In this document: piece after piece, positions 36,031-45,373 of the stretch
Position numbering within the stretch: the stretch's first letter is position 1
How the letters are laid out: the number at the start of each line of letters is the position of its first letter
NCBI GenBank assembly: GCA_965116475.1
Contig: OZ220691.1
Location: 1,984,001-2,048,000 of the forward strand
Length of the DNA stretch: 64,000 bases
From: Gemmatimonadota bacterium
GTDB lineage: Bacteria > Gemmatimonadota > Gemmatimonadetes > Palauibacterales > Palauibacteraceae
Direction of reading: 5' to 3'
Program-made: the position numbers and the translations under genes
Notes under the pieces: model-generated
Told to the model about the DNA's origin: nothing
The model's database searches: none
What the model saw: the letters and a program-made list of their open reading frames with translations, nothing else

Positions 36031-37362
36031 ATGGTCATCGTCTGGATCGGATACTGCCTGCTGATTTCGGGGCTCCTCGCCCTCGCCGCCTTCGCGAGCG
36101 AGCGGGCGCTGGGTCACTTCCGGAAGCCGGTGCGCTGGGGCTGGTTCGCGACCGTCGTCGGCTCCGTGACGCTCCCGTTCGCGGCCTTTCTCGCTCCCGG
36201 CCTCTTCCCGGGCTTCGGAGCGGCGCCGTGGGCCCCTCTCGTGAGGCTGAGTGAGGCCGTCGTCGTGAGCTCCGCTCCCGCCGCGCCCGAGGCGGCGGGA
36301 TCTGCGGCGTGGTTCGACGCCGGCGCGCTGGGCGTGCTCGCGGGTGGGGTCTGGATACTGCTCGTGGCGGGGATGCTCTTCCACCTCGGGCGGGCGTACC
36401 GGCGCCTGCGGTCGGAGATGCGGACGTGGACGCCGGGTCGGGTCCTCGGATCGCCGGTCATGATCGCGGACGACCGGGGCCCCGCCGTGGTCGGAATCCG
36501 GCGCCCCGTCGTCGTGATGCCGCGGTGGATTCCCGAACTCGAGGACAGGCTGCTGCGACTGGTCTTCCTGCACGAGCGCGAACACCAGCGCGCCGGCGAC
36601 CACCGCCTGTTCGCCGTCGCGGTCGCGGCTCTCGTGCTGATGCCGTGGAACCTCTTCCTGTGGTGGCAGGTTTCCCGGCTGCGCCTGGCGATCGAGTTCG
36701 ACTGCGACCGTCGCGTGCTGGAGCGGGGCGAGTCTCCGCGCGACTACGCGGATGCCCTCATCACGGTGGGCGGCCGTGTCTCCGCGCCCCTGCTGGCCGC
36801 GGCCGCCTTCGCCGAACGCAAGCCGGCCGTGGAGCAGCGGCTGCGCCGCATGACCGAACCGCTGGCCCGGCTCCGCATTCCGAGAACCCTGGGAGCATCG
36901 GGCGTGGCCGCGCTCGCCATCATCCTCGTCCTGGGCGTCCCGCAGCCCGAGGCGCCGATGGACGCGCCCGCGCCCGCGGCAGATGCTGTCCGGAGTCGCG
37001 ATATCGAGGAGAACCCGCTGGTCCGCCTTGCCGAGAGAGCCGCGCAGGCGGACCGGCCCACGTTCGTCGCGTACGACACGCCGCCGGTTCTTCAGAACGG
37101 AAGCGAGATCCAGCAGGTGCTCGAGCGGGCTTATCCGAGAGCCCTGAAGGAGGCGGGTATCGGCGGCCGGGTCGAAATGTGGCTGTACGTCGACCTGTCC
37201 GGCGCCGTGGCCAACCAGGAGATCAAGACGAGCAGCGACAACGACGCGCTGGACCGCGCCGCCATGGAAGTCGCCGCGCAGATGCGGTTCCGCCCCGCAA
37301 GGAACCAGGGTGAACCGACCGCCGTCTGGGTCTCCCAGTGGGTGACCTTCCAGGTGATCTAG
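36031..37362 (+). CDS. Second M56-TonB fusion (tandem paralog, no plug modules)
   Basis: HEREH, EFDCD, YPRALKEAGIGGRV...LDRAAME...FRPA. Confidence 0.88.
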   Translation: MVIVWIGYCLLISGLLALAAFASERALGHFRKPVRWGWFATVVGSVTLPFAAFLAPGLFPGFGAAPWAPLVRLSEAVVVSSAPAAPEAAGSAAWFDAGALGVLAGGVWILLVAGMLFHLGRAYRRLRSEMRTWTPGRVLGSPVMIADDRGPAVVGIRRPVVVMPRWIPELEDRLLRLVFLHEREHQRAGDHRLFAVAVAALVLMPWNLFLWWQVSRLRLAIEFDCDRRVLERGESPRDYADALITVGGRVSAPLLAAAAFAERKPAVEQRLRRMTEPLARLRIPRTLGASGVAALAIILVLGVPQPEAPMDAPAPAADAVRSRDIEENPLVRLAERAAQADRPTFVAYDTPPVLQNGSEIQQVLERAYPRALKEAGIGGRVEMWLYVDLSGAVANQEIKTSSDNDALDRAAMEVAAQMRFRPARNQGEPTAVWVSQWVTFQVI

Positions 37363-37401
37363 CTGTAGATCGCAAGGCCGTTGGTAACCCTCACGCCGCC
37401 A

Positions 37402-37506
37402 ACGGCCTGCTGTCACGGTGCCGTCCGGGCCGCGCTTCACCTCCACGGTTGCCGCGTCGCAGGCGAGACGCCGGGACGTTCCCGCGGGAACGTGTGAGCC
37501 CTCCTC
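37402..37506 (-). pseudogene. Fragment resembling a DUF222/HNH endonuclease gene
   Basis: Translation EEGSHVPAGTSRRLACDAATVEVKRGPDGTVTAGR recalls the RRLACDA motif of DUF222-HNH proteins; no start and no HNH domain follow. Confidence 0.55.
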
Positions 37507-37669
37507 CGTGGCCAGGATTTCGGGGCCGCCGGCCACGGTGTGGAGCGCCAGCGCCCGGTCGAATCCTCGAAAGTGACGCGAACGCGGGTTGCCCCGTCTA
37601 CTCACGGGCGGTGGCATGGTCTATTCTCCCGGTCCGGGTCCCGGACCATTCAACCTCGCGGACGTTCAC

Positions 37670-39076
37670 ATGACACAAACCCGTGCCTTCCTGTTCGCCG
37701 TCGCGCTGGCAGCGATCCCGGGCCTGAATCCCGCCGGCATGGCGGCTCAGGAGGCGGTGGAGGTCGCCGGGACCGTCGTTGACGACGGGACGGGCGAGCC
37801 GCTCGAGGGCGCGACCGTTCGGTTGGCCGACGCAGCGGGTTCGGCGCGCGAAACCATCACGGGGCCGGACGGCGCCTTCGCCTTCGCCCAGGTTGCGCCG
37901 GGCACCTACACCCTCGCCGTGCGGCGCTTCGGGTACGAACTGCTCAGTACGCCGCTGGAAATCGGCGCGCAGGCCCCCCCGCGGTTGGACGTACGCCTCA
38001 CCCCGCAGGCGATCCCGCTGGAGCCGCTGGAAGTCGGCGTCGAAGGCCGCCCGCCCGACCTCGTGGAGTCCGGCTTCTACGATCGAATGGAAGAAGGCTG
38101 GGGGACGTTCTTCGAGCCCGAATGGATCGAGGCCAGCAAGGTCGGCTTCGTACGACTGCGGGACTACCTGTGGGTCCTCCAGAACCGCGCGCCCCTGTCC
38201 CGGTGCGAGAAGGTCCCGGTTTATCTCGACCGGAGGCCGGTCGGCACGACCCCCGGATGGGGGACGGACGATTCGTATCCGGGAGGGATCTTCACTGTCG
38301 CGTTGGATCGTCTTCCCCCGCTGCTCGAAGAGATGTCGGTGTCCGATCTCGGCGCGGCCGAGGTCTACCAGCCGGGAACGAAGATTCCGATGTTCGCCTG
38401 GACCTTTACGACCGCGGTTTGCGGCGCGGTCATCCTGTGGTCCGACTGGACGGCGCGCCTGCCGGAGATCCCGAAGATCGAGGTGAAGTTGTGCGAGTCG
38501 CGTGGCCGCCCCGGCGAGGTCGCGCTCGATGGCTTCGTGGAGGACGAAGTGACCGAAGTCAGGTTGCCCGCCGCGCATGTGTCCGCGTCGCACGCTAATC
38601 CCGACGATCCCGGCGGCCTCGAGCGGGTGGAAACGGTCGTCCGCACGGACTCGCTCGGACGGTATCGCGTGTGCGACCTGCCGGAGGGCGCCGTCATCCA
38701 TCTGACTCCAGAGTACGGCCCGCACGCGGGCGGGCCGTTGGTTGCGCTTGCGGCGGCGGGCGGCGACGCGCTGAAGCTGACGGTGCCGGTAACGTCTCCG
38801 GCTACGATCACCGGCATGGTCCTCAACGAGGCGACCTCGGCGCTGATCGAGGGCGCGCGGATCGTGCTCGTCGATACGGACTTCCGTACGGTGACGAACG
38901 CCGCGGGACGATTCTCCCTCGAGGACCTTCCGCCGGGGTCCTACAGGGTACGGGCCGTGTGCGCCGGCTATACGGGCGCCCCGCAAGAGGTGGAACTGGC
39001 CGAGGGAGGGAATATCGCCGTGGTCATCCGCCTACGCGCGACGGATCTCGCGAGACGCGGAACATGCTCCATCTAA
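37670..39076 (+). CDS. Secreted protein with three carboxypeptidase-regulatory-like domains and a plug-like segment
   Basis: Signal peptide; GTVVDDGTGEPLEGATV; GFYDR; AEVYQ...CGAVILW; TDSLGRYRVC; TNAAGRF. Confidence 0.8.
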   Translation: MTQTRAFLFAVALAAIPGLNPAGMAAQEAVEVAGTVVDDGTGEPLEGATVRLADAAGSARETITGPDGAFAFAQVAPGTYTLAVRRFGYELLSTPLEIGAQAPPRLDVRLTPQAIPLEPLEVGVEGRPPDLVESGFYDRMEEGWGTFFEPEWIEASKVGFVRLRDYLWVLQNRAPLSRCEKVPVYLDRRPVGTTPGWGTDDSYPGGIFTVALDRLPPLLEEMSVSDLGAAEVYQPGTKIPMFAWTFTTAVCGAVILWSDWTARLPEIPKIEVKLCESRGRPGEVALDGFVEDEVTEVRLPAAHVSASHANPDDPGGLERVETVVRTDSLGRYRVCDLPEGAVIHLTPEYGPHAGGPLVALAAAGGDALKLTVPVTSPATITGMVLNEATSALIEGARIVLVDTDFRTVTNAAGRFSLEDLPPGSYRVRAVCAGYTGAPQEVELAEGGNIAVVIRLRATDLARRGTCSI

Positions 39077-39095
39077 TCCGAGGGAGCCGCCGCGG

Positions 39096-40511
39096 ATGAC
39101 GAACAGGGCGCCGGTGCTGGCTCTGGCCATCGTCCTTGCGGCGGGGAACGCGATCTCGTCCGATGCCGTGAGCGCCCAGGAGGCGGTCCGGATCCAGGGC
39201 ACCGTCGTTGACGACGGGACGGGCGAGCCGATCGATGGCGCGACGGTCCGGCTGGCCGACGCGTCCGGTTCCGCCCGCGAAACCATCACCGGACCGGATG
39301 GCACCTTCGCGTTCGCCGAAGTTGCGCCGGGCACCTACACGCTCGCCGTGCGGCGCTTCGGGTACGAACTGCTCAGCACGCCGCTCGAGATCGGCGCGCA
39401 GGCGCCCCCGCGACTGGACGTACGCCTGACCCCGCAGGCGATCCCGCTGGAGCCGCTGGAAGTTGGCGTGGAAGGCCGCCCACCCCGCCTCGTAGAGTCC
39501 GGCTTCTACGACCGAATGGAGGAAGGGTGGGGCGTATTCCTCGAGCCGCAGTGGATCGAAGCCAACACGCGAGGCTTCGTGCGTCTCGCCGACTTCATGT
39601 CCACACTCCAGCTGCGCGCCCCTCTACCGCGGTGCGACAGGATACCGGTGTACCTCGACCGGAGGCGGGTCGGACTGGCGGACGGCTCGGGAACGAGCCG
39701 GTCGTACTCGTTGAATCCGGCGGGGACTTTCCGTTCTCCGGTGGGACCGCCCCCGACGCTGCTGGAAGAACTCTCGGTCACCGATGTCGGCGCCGCGGAG
39801 GTGTATCAGCCTGGCTCAAAGGTTCCGTTCTTCGCCTGGGACGACCTCACCATGACCTGCGGCGCGATCATCCTGTGGTCCAACTGGACGGCGGATACGC
39901 CTGAGATACCGCGGATCGAGGTCGAGCTGTGCGAGCCGGCCGGCCGACCCGGCAACGTGGCGGTGAACGGCTTGGTGGAAGATGAAGTGACCCGGGTCCG
40001 GCTACCCGCCGCGCATGTGTTCGCGTCTTACGCAAATCCCGGGGATCCGACCGGCCTCGAACGCGTGGAAACGGTGGTCCGCACGGACTCGCTCGGACGG
40101 TACCGGCTGTGCGAAGTCCCGGCCGACGAGACCCTGGAATTGACGGCCGCCTACGGTCCTCACCGTGGGGAGCCCTCGACGGTCGTCGCCGAGGCGGGCG
40201 TCGAGGCAGGGCTCGCCGTGACCGTGACCTCGCCCGGGGCGATCACGGGCGTCGTGGTGAACGAGCGCACCGAACATCCGCTCGAGGCCGCCAGCGTGAC
40301 GGTGGCCGGCACGGATGTCCGCGCCACGACCGATCGAGCCGGCCGATTCTCGCTGGAGGGGTTGTCGCCCGGCACCTACAGGATCACCGCCCTCTGCGGG
40401 GGCTTCGACCTCAGAGTGCGAGAAGTGGAACTCGCCGAGGGGCAGCAGGCAAGCGTCGTGATCGGCCTCCGGTCGAAGGGAGCGGCAAGCCGGACGCGCT
40501 GCTCCGCCTGA
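39096..40511 (+). CDS. Tandem paralog of the 37670-39076 protein
   Basis: Same architecture; N-domain almost identical in protein sequence. Confidence 0.8.
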   Translation: MTNRAPVLALAIVLAAGNAISSDAVSAQEAVRIQGTVVDDGTGEPIDGATVRLADASGSARETITGPDGTFAFAEVAPGTYTLAVRRFGYELLSTPLEIGAQAPPRLDVRLTPQAIPLEPLEVGVEGRPPRLVESGFYDRMEEGWGVFLEPQWIEANTRGFVRLADFMSTLQLRAPLPRCDRIPVYLDRRRVGLADGSGTSRSYSLNPAGTFRSPVGPPPTLLEELSVTDVGAAEVYQPGSKVPFFAWDDLTMTCGAIILWSNWTADTPEIPRIEVELCEPAGRPGNVAVNGLVEDEVTRVRLPAAHVFASYANPGDPTGLERVETVVRTDSLGRYRLCEVPADETLELTAAYGPHRGEPSTVVAEAGVEAGLAVTVTSPGAITGVVVNERTEHPLEAASVTVAGTDVRATTDRAGRFSLEGLSPGTYRITALCGGFDLRVREVELAEGQQASVVIGLRSKGAASRTRCSA

Positions 40512-40530
40512 CGGGCCGCGACCAGCGAAG

Positions 40531-41958
40531 CTACACCACCTTCTGCTTCCAGTGGCCGCGGCGGAAGATCCAGAGGCCGACGACGGCCGACAGCGAGTAG
40601 GCGACCGCGAACGACCAGAACACGCCCGTCTCGCCCCACCCGACGCGGAACGCGAGCAGCGCCGCGACGGGAAGCTGGAAGAACCAGAACACCCAGATGT
40701 TGATCCAGGTCGGCGTCGCCGTGTCGCCCGCGCCGTTGAAGGCCTGCATCGTCACCATGCCCCAGGCATAGAAGATGTAGCCGTAGCTGATGATCCGGAG
40801 CGCGCGCACGCCCACGTCGAGCGTCTCCGGGTCCGGGGCGAACGGCGCCAGGATCGGCCCCGGGAACGCCACGAAGACCACCGTCACCACGGCCATGAAC
40901 AGCATGTTCCACAAGCCGGTGAGGTAGACGGCCCGCTCGGCGCGGTCGGGCCTCTCGGCACCGAGGTTCTGGCCCACGAGCGTGGCGGCGGCGTTCGCGA
41001 GGCCCCAGGCGGGGAGGATGATGAAGATGACCACGCGGATCGCCATGGTGTAGCCCGCGAGGGCGATCGTCCCGAACTCGGACAATATCCGGATCGAGGC
41101 GATGTAGCTGACCTGGGTCACGAGCATCTGTCCCACGCCGCCGACCGACACCTCCGCGAGCCGCTGGATCACGGGCCAGTGGACCCGGAGGTCGTCCCGC
41201 CGCACCCGGACGCGCTCGCCGCGCGACAGGTGCCACAACTGGTACAGGGCCCCGATCCCGCGCCCGGTCGTCGTGGCCACTGCGGCCCCCGGGAGTCCGA
41301 GTTCCGGGAAGATCCAGAGGCCGAACACGAGCACGGGATCGAGCACGATGTTGATCCCGTTGGCCAGCCACACGGAACGCATCGCCATCGACGGGTCGCC
41401 CGCCCCCCGGTAGATCGCGTTGTTCACGAAGAGAAGGATGATGACGACCATCCCGCCCAGCTGGATGCGGGCGTAGGTGGTGCCTTGGGCGACGACTTCG
41501 GGTGAGCCGCCCATGACCCGAAGCAGCCACGGGGCCAGAATCGCGCCTGCGAGTCCGAGGACCGCGGCGATGCCGACGCTCAGCACGATCGCCTGCACGG
41601 CGGCCGTCGCCGCCCCCCGCCCGTCCTTCTCGCCCGTCCGGCGCGCGACCATCGCCGTAGTGGACATCGCGAGTCCCATCGCGACCGAGTAGATGACCGC
41701 CAGCATCGCTTCGGTGAGCGCGATCGCGGCGAGCGCGTCGGCGCCGAGCCGGCTGACGACCGCCATGTCCACGAGGAAAAAGAGCGACTCCCCCGCCATC
41801 TCGAGCACCATGGGGATGGCGAGCAGGAGCACGCCGCGGTTCAGACTCCCCGATGTGAAGTCCTCCTGCGTGCCCCACAGCAGCGCCCGCGCCGTATCCC
41901 ACACTCGGGAGCGGCCGGGAGCCGCAGCTTCCCCTTCGGGCCGGCCGGTGTCGCTCAA
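40531..41958 (-). CDS. MATE family efflux transporter
   Basis: LAIPM, RGAGD, NIVLDP, GAAVAT, VGQNLGA. Confidence 0.93.
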   Translation of the reverse strand: MSDTGRPEGEAAAPGRSRVWDTARALLWGTQEDFTSGSLNRGVLLLAIPMVLEMAGESLFFLVDMAVVSRLGADALAAIALTEAMLAVIYSVAMGLAMSTTAMVARRTGEKDGRGAATAAVQAIVLSVGIAAVLGLAGAILAPWLLRVMGGSPEVVAQGTTYARIQLGGMVVIILLFVNNAIYRGAGDPSMAMRSVWLANGINIVLDPVLVFGLWIFPELGLPGAAVATTTGRGIGALYQLWHLSRGERVRVRRDDLRVHWPVIQRLAEVSVGGVGQMLVTQVSYIASIRILSEFGTIALAGYTMAIRVVIFIILPAWGLANAAATLVGQNLGAERPDRAERAVYLTGLWNMLFMAVVTVVFVAFPGPILAPFAPDPETLDVGVRALRIISYGYIFYAWGMVTMQAFNGAGDTATPTWINIWVFWFFQLPVAALLAFRVGWGETGVFWSFAVAYSLSAVVGLWIFRRGHWKQKVV

Positions 41959-41995
41959 GGAATCGTCCTGTCGGGAGGAAAGCGGTCTCGGGGCG

Positions 41996-43048
41996 TCAGT
42001 ACGTCCAGATCGCGACCAGGTTGCAGTCGGTGAGGAGCATGGTGTTCGGCACCTGGTTCATGATCTCCGGGGGCGCCTCGCTGCACCTGTACGCTTCGAT
42101 GCCCCGAACGGTGTCGAACTTCAGTTCGCCCAGGTTTCTCCGAGTGAATCCCAGGCGGCTGGCCGGCCGACCGTTGAGGAGGATGAGCTGGTTCCGGCGG
42201 TATCGGATGGAGAGTTCCCGCTTGAACTGGAACACCTGCCCCAGATGGATGAACTGGTCGATTTCCGGATGGGTCGCGAAGTAGCCTTCGTCGATGGACT
42301 GGCGGCGTTCGTAGAACCCGGACGTGAGCAGGAACGGGTCGCGGCCGGTCACCCTCACCTCGATCGGCGCGAGCGCGATCGCCTGCGTGTTGAGTTCGAC
42401 GCGGAATTCGGCGCGCTGGTCCGTGAGGATGTTGATCTCGGTCTCGAGGGGCGCGTAGCCGATATGCGCGACGCGCAGGCCGTAGGTGAGCGGCGGCATG
42501 GAGCGGAACGCCACGCGTCCGAGCGTATCCGTGACCCCGGAGACCGGTAGCGGGGAGAAGTCGATCCGCGCGCCGGCCACCGGTCGCCCGTCTGCGGCAT
42601 CCACCACGGAGAGGACAACGAACGCCGCGTCCCCCATGTCCACCTCGAGGTCGACGAACTGCGACCGGTCGAGGTCGACCTTGCGCTCCTTCCCGCGCCG
42701 GGACCGATAGTTCGGGCGCACCCGGATCTCCCGGAACGCTTCGAGGCCGCAGGCCTGGTATCGCCCTCGCTCGTCCGCTTCGACCCGCACGTCCTCCGGC
42801 GTCGGCAGCCCCCGTTCGGCCTCGTAGCGGATCAGGACCGTCGCCCCCGGCAGAGGGACCTGGCTCTCATCGTCCCGGATCGTGCCCTCGATGCCGACCT
42901 CGAGTTCCGCCTGCCCGAGTTGCCGGCAGATGCGGAGGACCCGTTCCTCTTCCTCCTCCTGCCCCGCGGCCGGGGAGGGCGCGAGCGCGACCGCCGCCAG
43001 CGCGAGGCGCGGCCCGGCACCACGGAGGAGTGGCCCGCTACGGTTCAT
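41996..43048 (-). CDS. Secreted carboxypeptidase-regulatory-like domain protein with plug-like C-terminus
   Basis: Signal peptide, GTIRD...LPGATV, TDTLGR, GFYERR, GIEAY...VAIWT. Confidence 0.75.
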   Translation of the reverse strand: MNRSGPLLRGAGPRLALAAVALAPSPAAGQEEEEERVLRICRQLGQAELEVGIEGTIRDDESQVPLPGATVLIRYEAERGLPTPEDVRVEADERGRYQACGLEAFREIRVRPNYRSRRGKERKVDLDRSQFVDLEVDMGDAAFVVLSVVDAADGRPVAGARIDFSPLPVSGVTDTLGRVAFRSMPPLTYGLRVAHIGYAPLETEINILTDQRAEFRVELNTQAIALAPIEVRVTGRDPFLLTSGFYERRQSIDEGYFATHPEIDQFIHLGQVFQFKRELSIRYRRNQLILLNGRPASRLGFTRRNLGELKFDTVRGIEAYRCSEAPPEIMNQVPNTMLLTDCNLVAIWTY

Positions 43049-44205
43049 CCGCCGGCCTCGAGCAGCGCCTTGAGGAGCCCGTTTCCGGCCTCGCCCAGGC
43101 TGGTGGCGCCGCTGTTGTAGTTGCGGCCGAGCGCCACGCCATAGCCGCTCTCGGGTTCGAACACGAGGTACATGTTGTACCCGGCCACGGAACCGCCGTG
43201 GCCGACGAACCGCACGGTGCCGCCGCCCTCGAGCGCGACCGGGCGGATCGAGAACCCGAGTCCGTACCCCGAGTCCGGATCCTCGGGCGTCTGGACCGCC
43301 ATGACCTCCCGCCGCGTCGCCGGCTCCAGGAGTTCGTGTTCGGTCATGCCCATGACCGCGGCCGCGAACGTTGCGAGATCCCCGACGGTCGCGTAGACGC
43401 CCCCGTTCGGCACCTTGTAGCCGCGCCCCTCGTGCTCGAGCGCGGGAAAGTCGGCGTTCACGGCGCCGTCGCCTCCGTTCGCGAAGCCCACCGCGACCCG
43501 CCGCCACAGCTCGGGGCCGACGATGAAGGTCGAGGAGCGCATCCCCAGCGGCTCGAACAGGCGGTCCTCGACCAAGTCCATGAAGGACGTCCCGGCGGCC
43601 CGCTGCAGGGCGTACCCGAGCACCCCGTACCCGATGTTGGAGTACTGGTACTGTGTGCCGGGCATCGTGTAGAACCGGGTGTGGGGGATCGAGGCGAGGA
43701 TCTTGTATCCCCAGTCCTCGATCGGCCCCGCCGCGGCGCCGAGGAGTTCGGGCTCCCGGATGAGGCCGGCGGTGTGGCTGGCCAGCTGCCGCAACGTGAT
43801 CGGCTCCATGCCGGTCGGCGGGTCCGCGAAGCCGGCGGCCTCGGGCAGGTGGTCCACGACGGCGTCATCGAGCCCGACCGTCGCCTCTTCTACCAGGTCG
43901 GCCATCAGGATCGCGGTGATCGACTTCGAGATCGATCCGGTCCGGTAGATCGTCCGCACCCCCGCGGGCACGCGGTTCGGCGGGTCGGCCCAGCCGAACC
44001 CCTGCGCCCACAGCACCTGGTCTCCCTTGAACACCGCCGCCGTGATCCCGCCGATGCCGTCCGCCTCGACGTCTGCCGCGATCTGCCGCGAGAACGCGTC
44101 GATGGCGTCCGCGTCCTGCCCCGCCGCGGCGGACGGAAGGACGAGGACCGTGACGAGGGCCGTGAGAAGGAAGACGGTCGTCGCGGAGTGAAGGCGTGGC
44201 GCCAT
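43045..44205 (-). CDS. Serine hydrolase, beta-lactamase class C-like family
   Basis: SISK, LASHTAG, YSN, HGG; signal peptide. Confidence 0.9.
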   Translation of the reverse strand: MAPRLHSATTVFLLTALVTVLVLPSAAAGQDADAIDAFSRQIAADVEADGIGGITAAVFKGDQVLWAQGFGWADPPNRVPAGVRTIYRTGSISKSITAILMADLVEEATVGLDDAVVDHLPEAAGFADPPTGMEPITLRQLASHTAGLIREPELLGAAAGPIEDWGYKILASIPHTRFYTMPGTQYQYSNIGYGVLGYALQRAAGTSFMDLVEDRLFEPLGMRSSTFIVGPELWRRVAVGFANGGDGAVNADFPALEHEGRGYKVPNGGVYATVGDLATFAAAVMGMTEHELLEPATRREVMAVQTPEDPDSGYGLGFSIRPVALEGGGTVRFVGHGGSVAGYNMYLVFEPESGYGVALGRNYNSGATSLGEAGNGLLKALLEAGG

Positions 44206-44342
44206 GACGTTCTCCTTGCGTGGCCTGCGGGCGGCCGAAACCCCCCGCCGGGCATCGAATCCAATGCAAGGTCGCAGCTTCACGCCCGCATTGGAAGCCT
44301 TCAGGCTGGCGGGTCGAGCCCGACTCGCCTAGTGTGGCGCGC

Positions 44343-44633
44343 ATGTCACTTCTGAAGAAACTGATCTTCCGGATGGATGGGGCCGCCGACAGCGCCCGAA
44401 CCCGGTTCCAGAGCGAGTCGGGGGCCACCTGGGAAGCCGAGTTCTCGATCTTCTCGGGCACCACGCAGCAGTCGCCCCGGCTGCTCGTGATGTTCCGCAA
44501 CCAGGACGACATCACCATTCCCCAGCGCTACAACCAGGCGCCGCCGGGCGTCTCCAAGGTGCCGAAGGAGGCCGTGGCCGAGGTGGATGAGGCGGGACTC
44601 CGCGAACTGCTCGCGCGCTCGGTGAAGGTATGA
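44343..44633 (+). CDS. Small hypothetical protein
   Basis: ORF fills the gap; ATGA coupling to the next ORF. Confidence 0.65.
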   Translation: MSLLKKLIFRMDGAADSARTRFQSESGATWEAEFSIFSGTTQQSPRLLVMFRNQDDITIPQRYNQAPPGVSKVPKEAVAEVDEAGLRELLARSVKV

Positions 44634-44896
44634 GCGGCGCGAAGGTGGATCCGAAGAAGGCGCTCTCCCGCACCTTCCTCGACGGAGGGATGGTTCGCTG
44701 GGAAGCCTACGTCTCGGGTGGGCAGCCGAATACGCCGCAGGCAGCCCGCATCTACTTCGTGTGCCTGGAGAACCCCTTCGAGCCGCCGCGCTGGCTGTCG
44801 CACGAGAGCCGCAGCGTGGCCGAGGCGACGCGCGCCCTCGCCGGCATGAGCGACGCGGACCTGCTCGGACTCCATACCCGGTCCACGCCTCTGTAG
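44630..44896 (+). CDS. Small hypothetical protein, distant paralog of the upstream gene
   Basis: Shares an R.F......WEA...L..L..RS pattern with 44343-44633. Confidence 0.65.
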   Translation: MSGAKVDPKKALSRTFLDGGMVRWEAYVSGGQPNTPQAARIYFVCLENPFEPPRWLSHESRSVAEATRALAGMSDADLLGLHTRSTPL

Positions 44897-44920
44897 CGAC
44901 CCTCCGGGAGCGACCCGGCG

Positions 44921-45373
44921 CTAGTTCACGGTGACGACGTCGTAGAGCCGCTCGCCGGGGTTTCCGTCCACGCCTTCGTAGCGGTGCTCCACGAGAATCG
45001 ACCAGGACCCGGGCTCCACGTTGTAGATGTTCGCCACGTACGAGAGGGTTGAAGGCGTCAGACTGTTGCAGCCCTGCCGGCCCGACACGATGGTGACGAC
45101 CAGTTCCAGTCCTCCGTCGACCTCCCGCAGATCGGGGGACAGGTAATCGCACCGCAGCCGGCCCACGATCTGGCCCGAGACGCGCATGGACCCGGGCCCC
45201 CCGGCGGCGCGCGCGAACTCGGGCAGGGCGGATCCCTCGCTGACCACCGACGTGAGCATGTTCCCCACGGTTGGGGAGACGCCGACCCCCAGATTCAGGC
45301 AGCCGGACAATCCGGAGAGGATGCAGATGACGCCGACTGCACGGCGCGCTTGCCGGTTTCCCACGTTTTGCAA
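44921..45373 (-). CDS. Hypothetical lipoprotein
   Basis: ILSGLSGC lipobox; start uncertain. Confidence 0.6.
   Translation of the reverse strand: MQNVGNRQARRAVGVICILSGLSGCLNLGVGVSPTVGNMLTSVVSEGSALPEFARAAGGPGSMRVSGQIVGRLRCDYLSPDLREVDGGLELVVTIVSGRQGCNSLTPSTLSYVANIYNVEPGSWSILVEHRYEGVDGNPGERLYDVVTVN

Noticed and set aside
37670..40511. Diversity-generating retroelement template/variable repeat pair
   Set aside because: Both copies are full genes, differences are not adenine-specific, and no reverse transcriptase is in the window
43045..44205. BlaI-controlled beta-lactam resistance gene
   Set aside because: Generic serine hydrolase on the opposite strand 6 kb away; no operator seen; the M56 sensors lack a penicillin-binding domain
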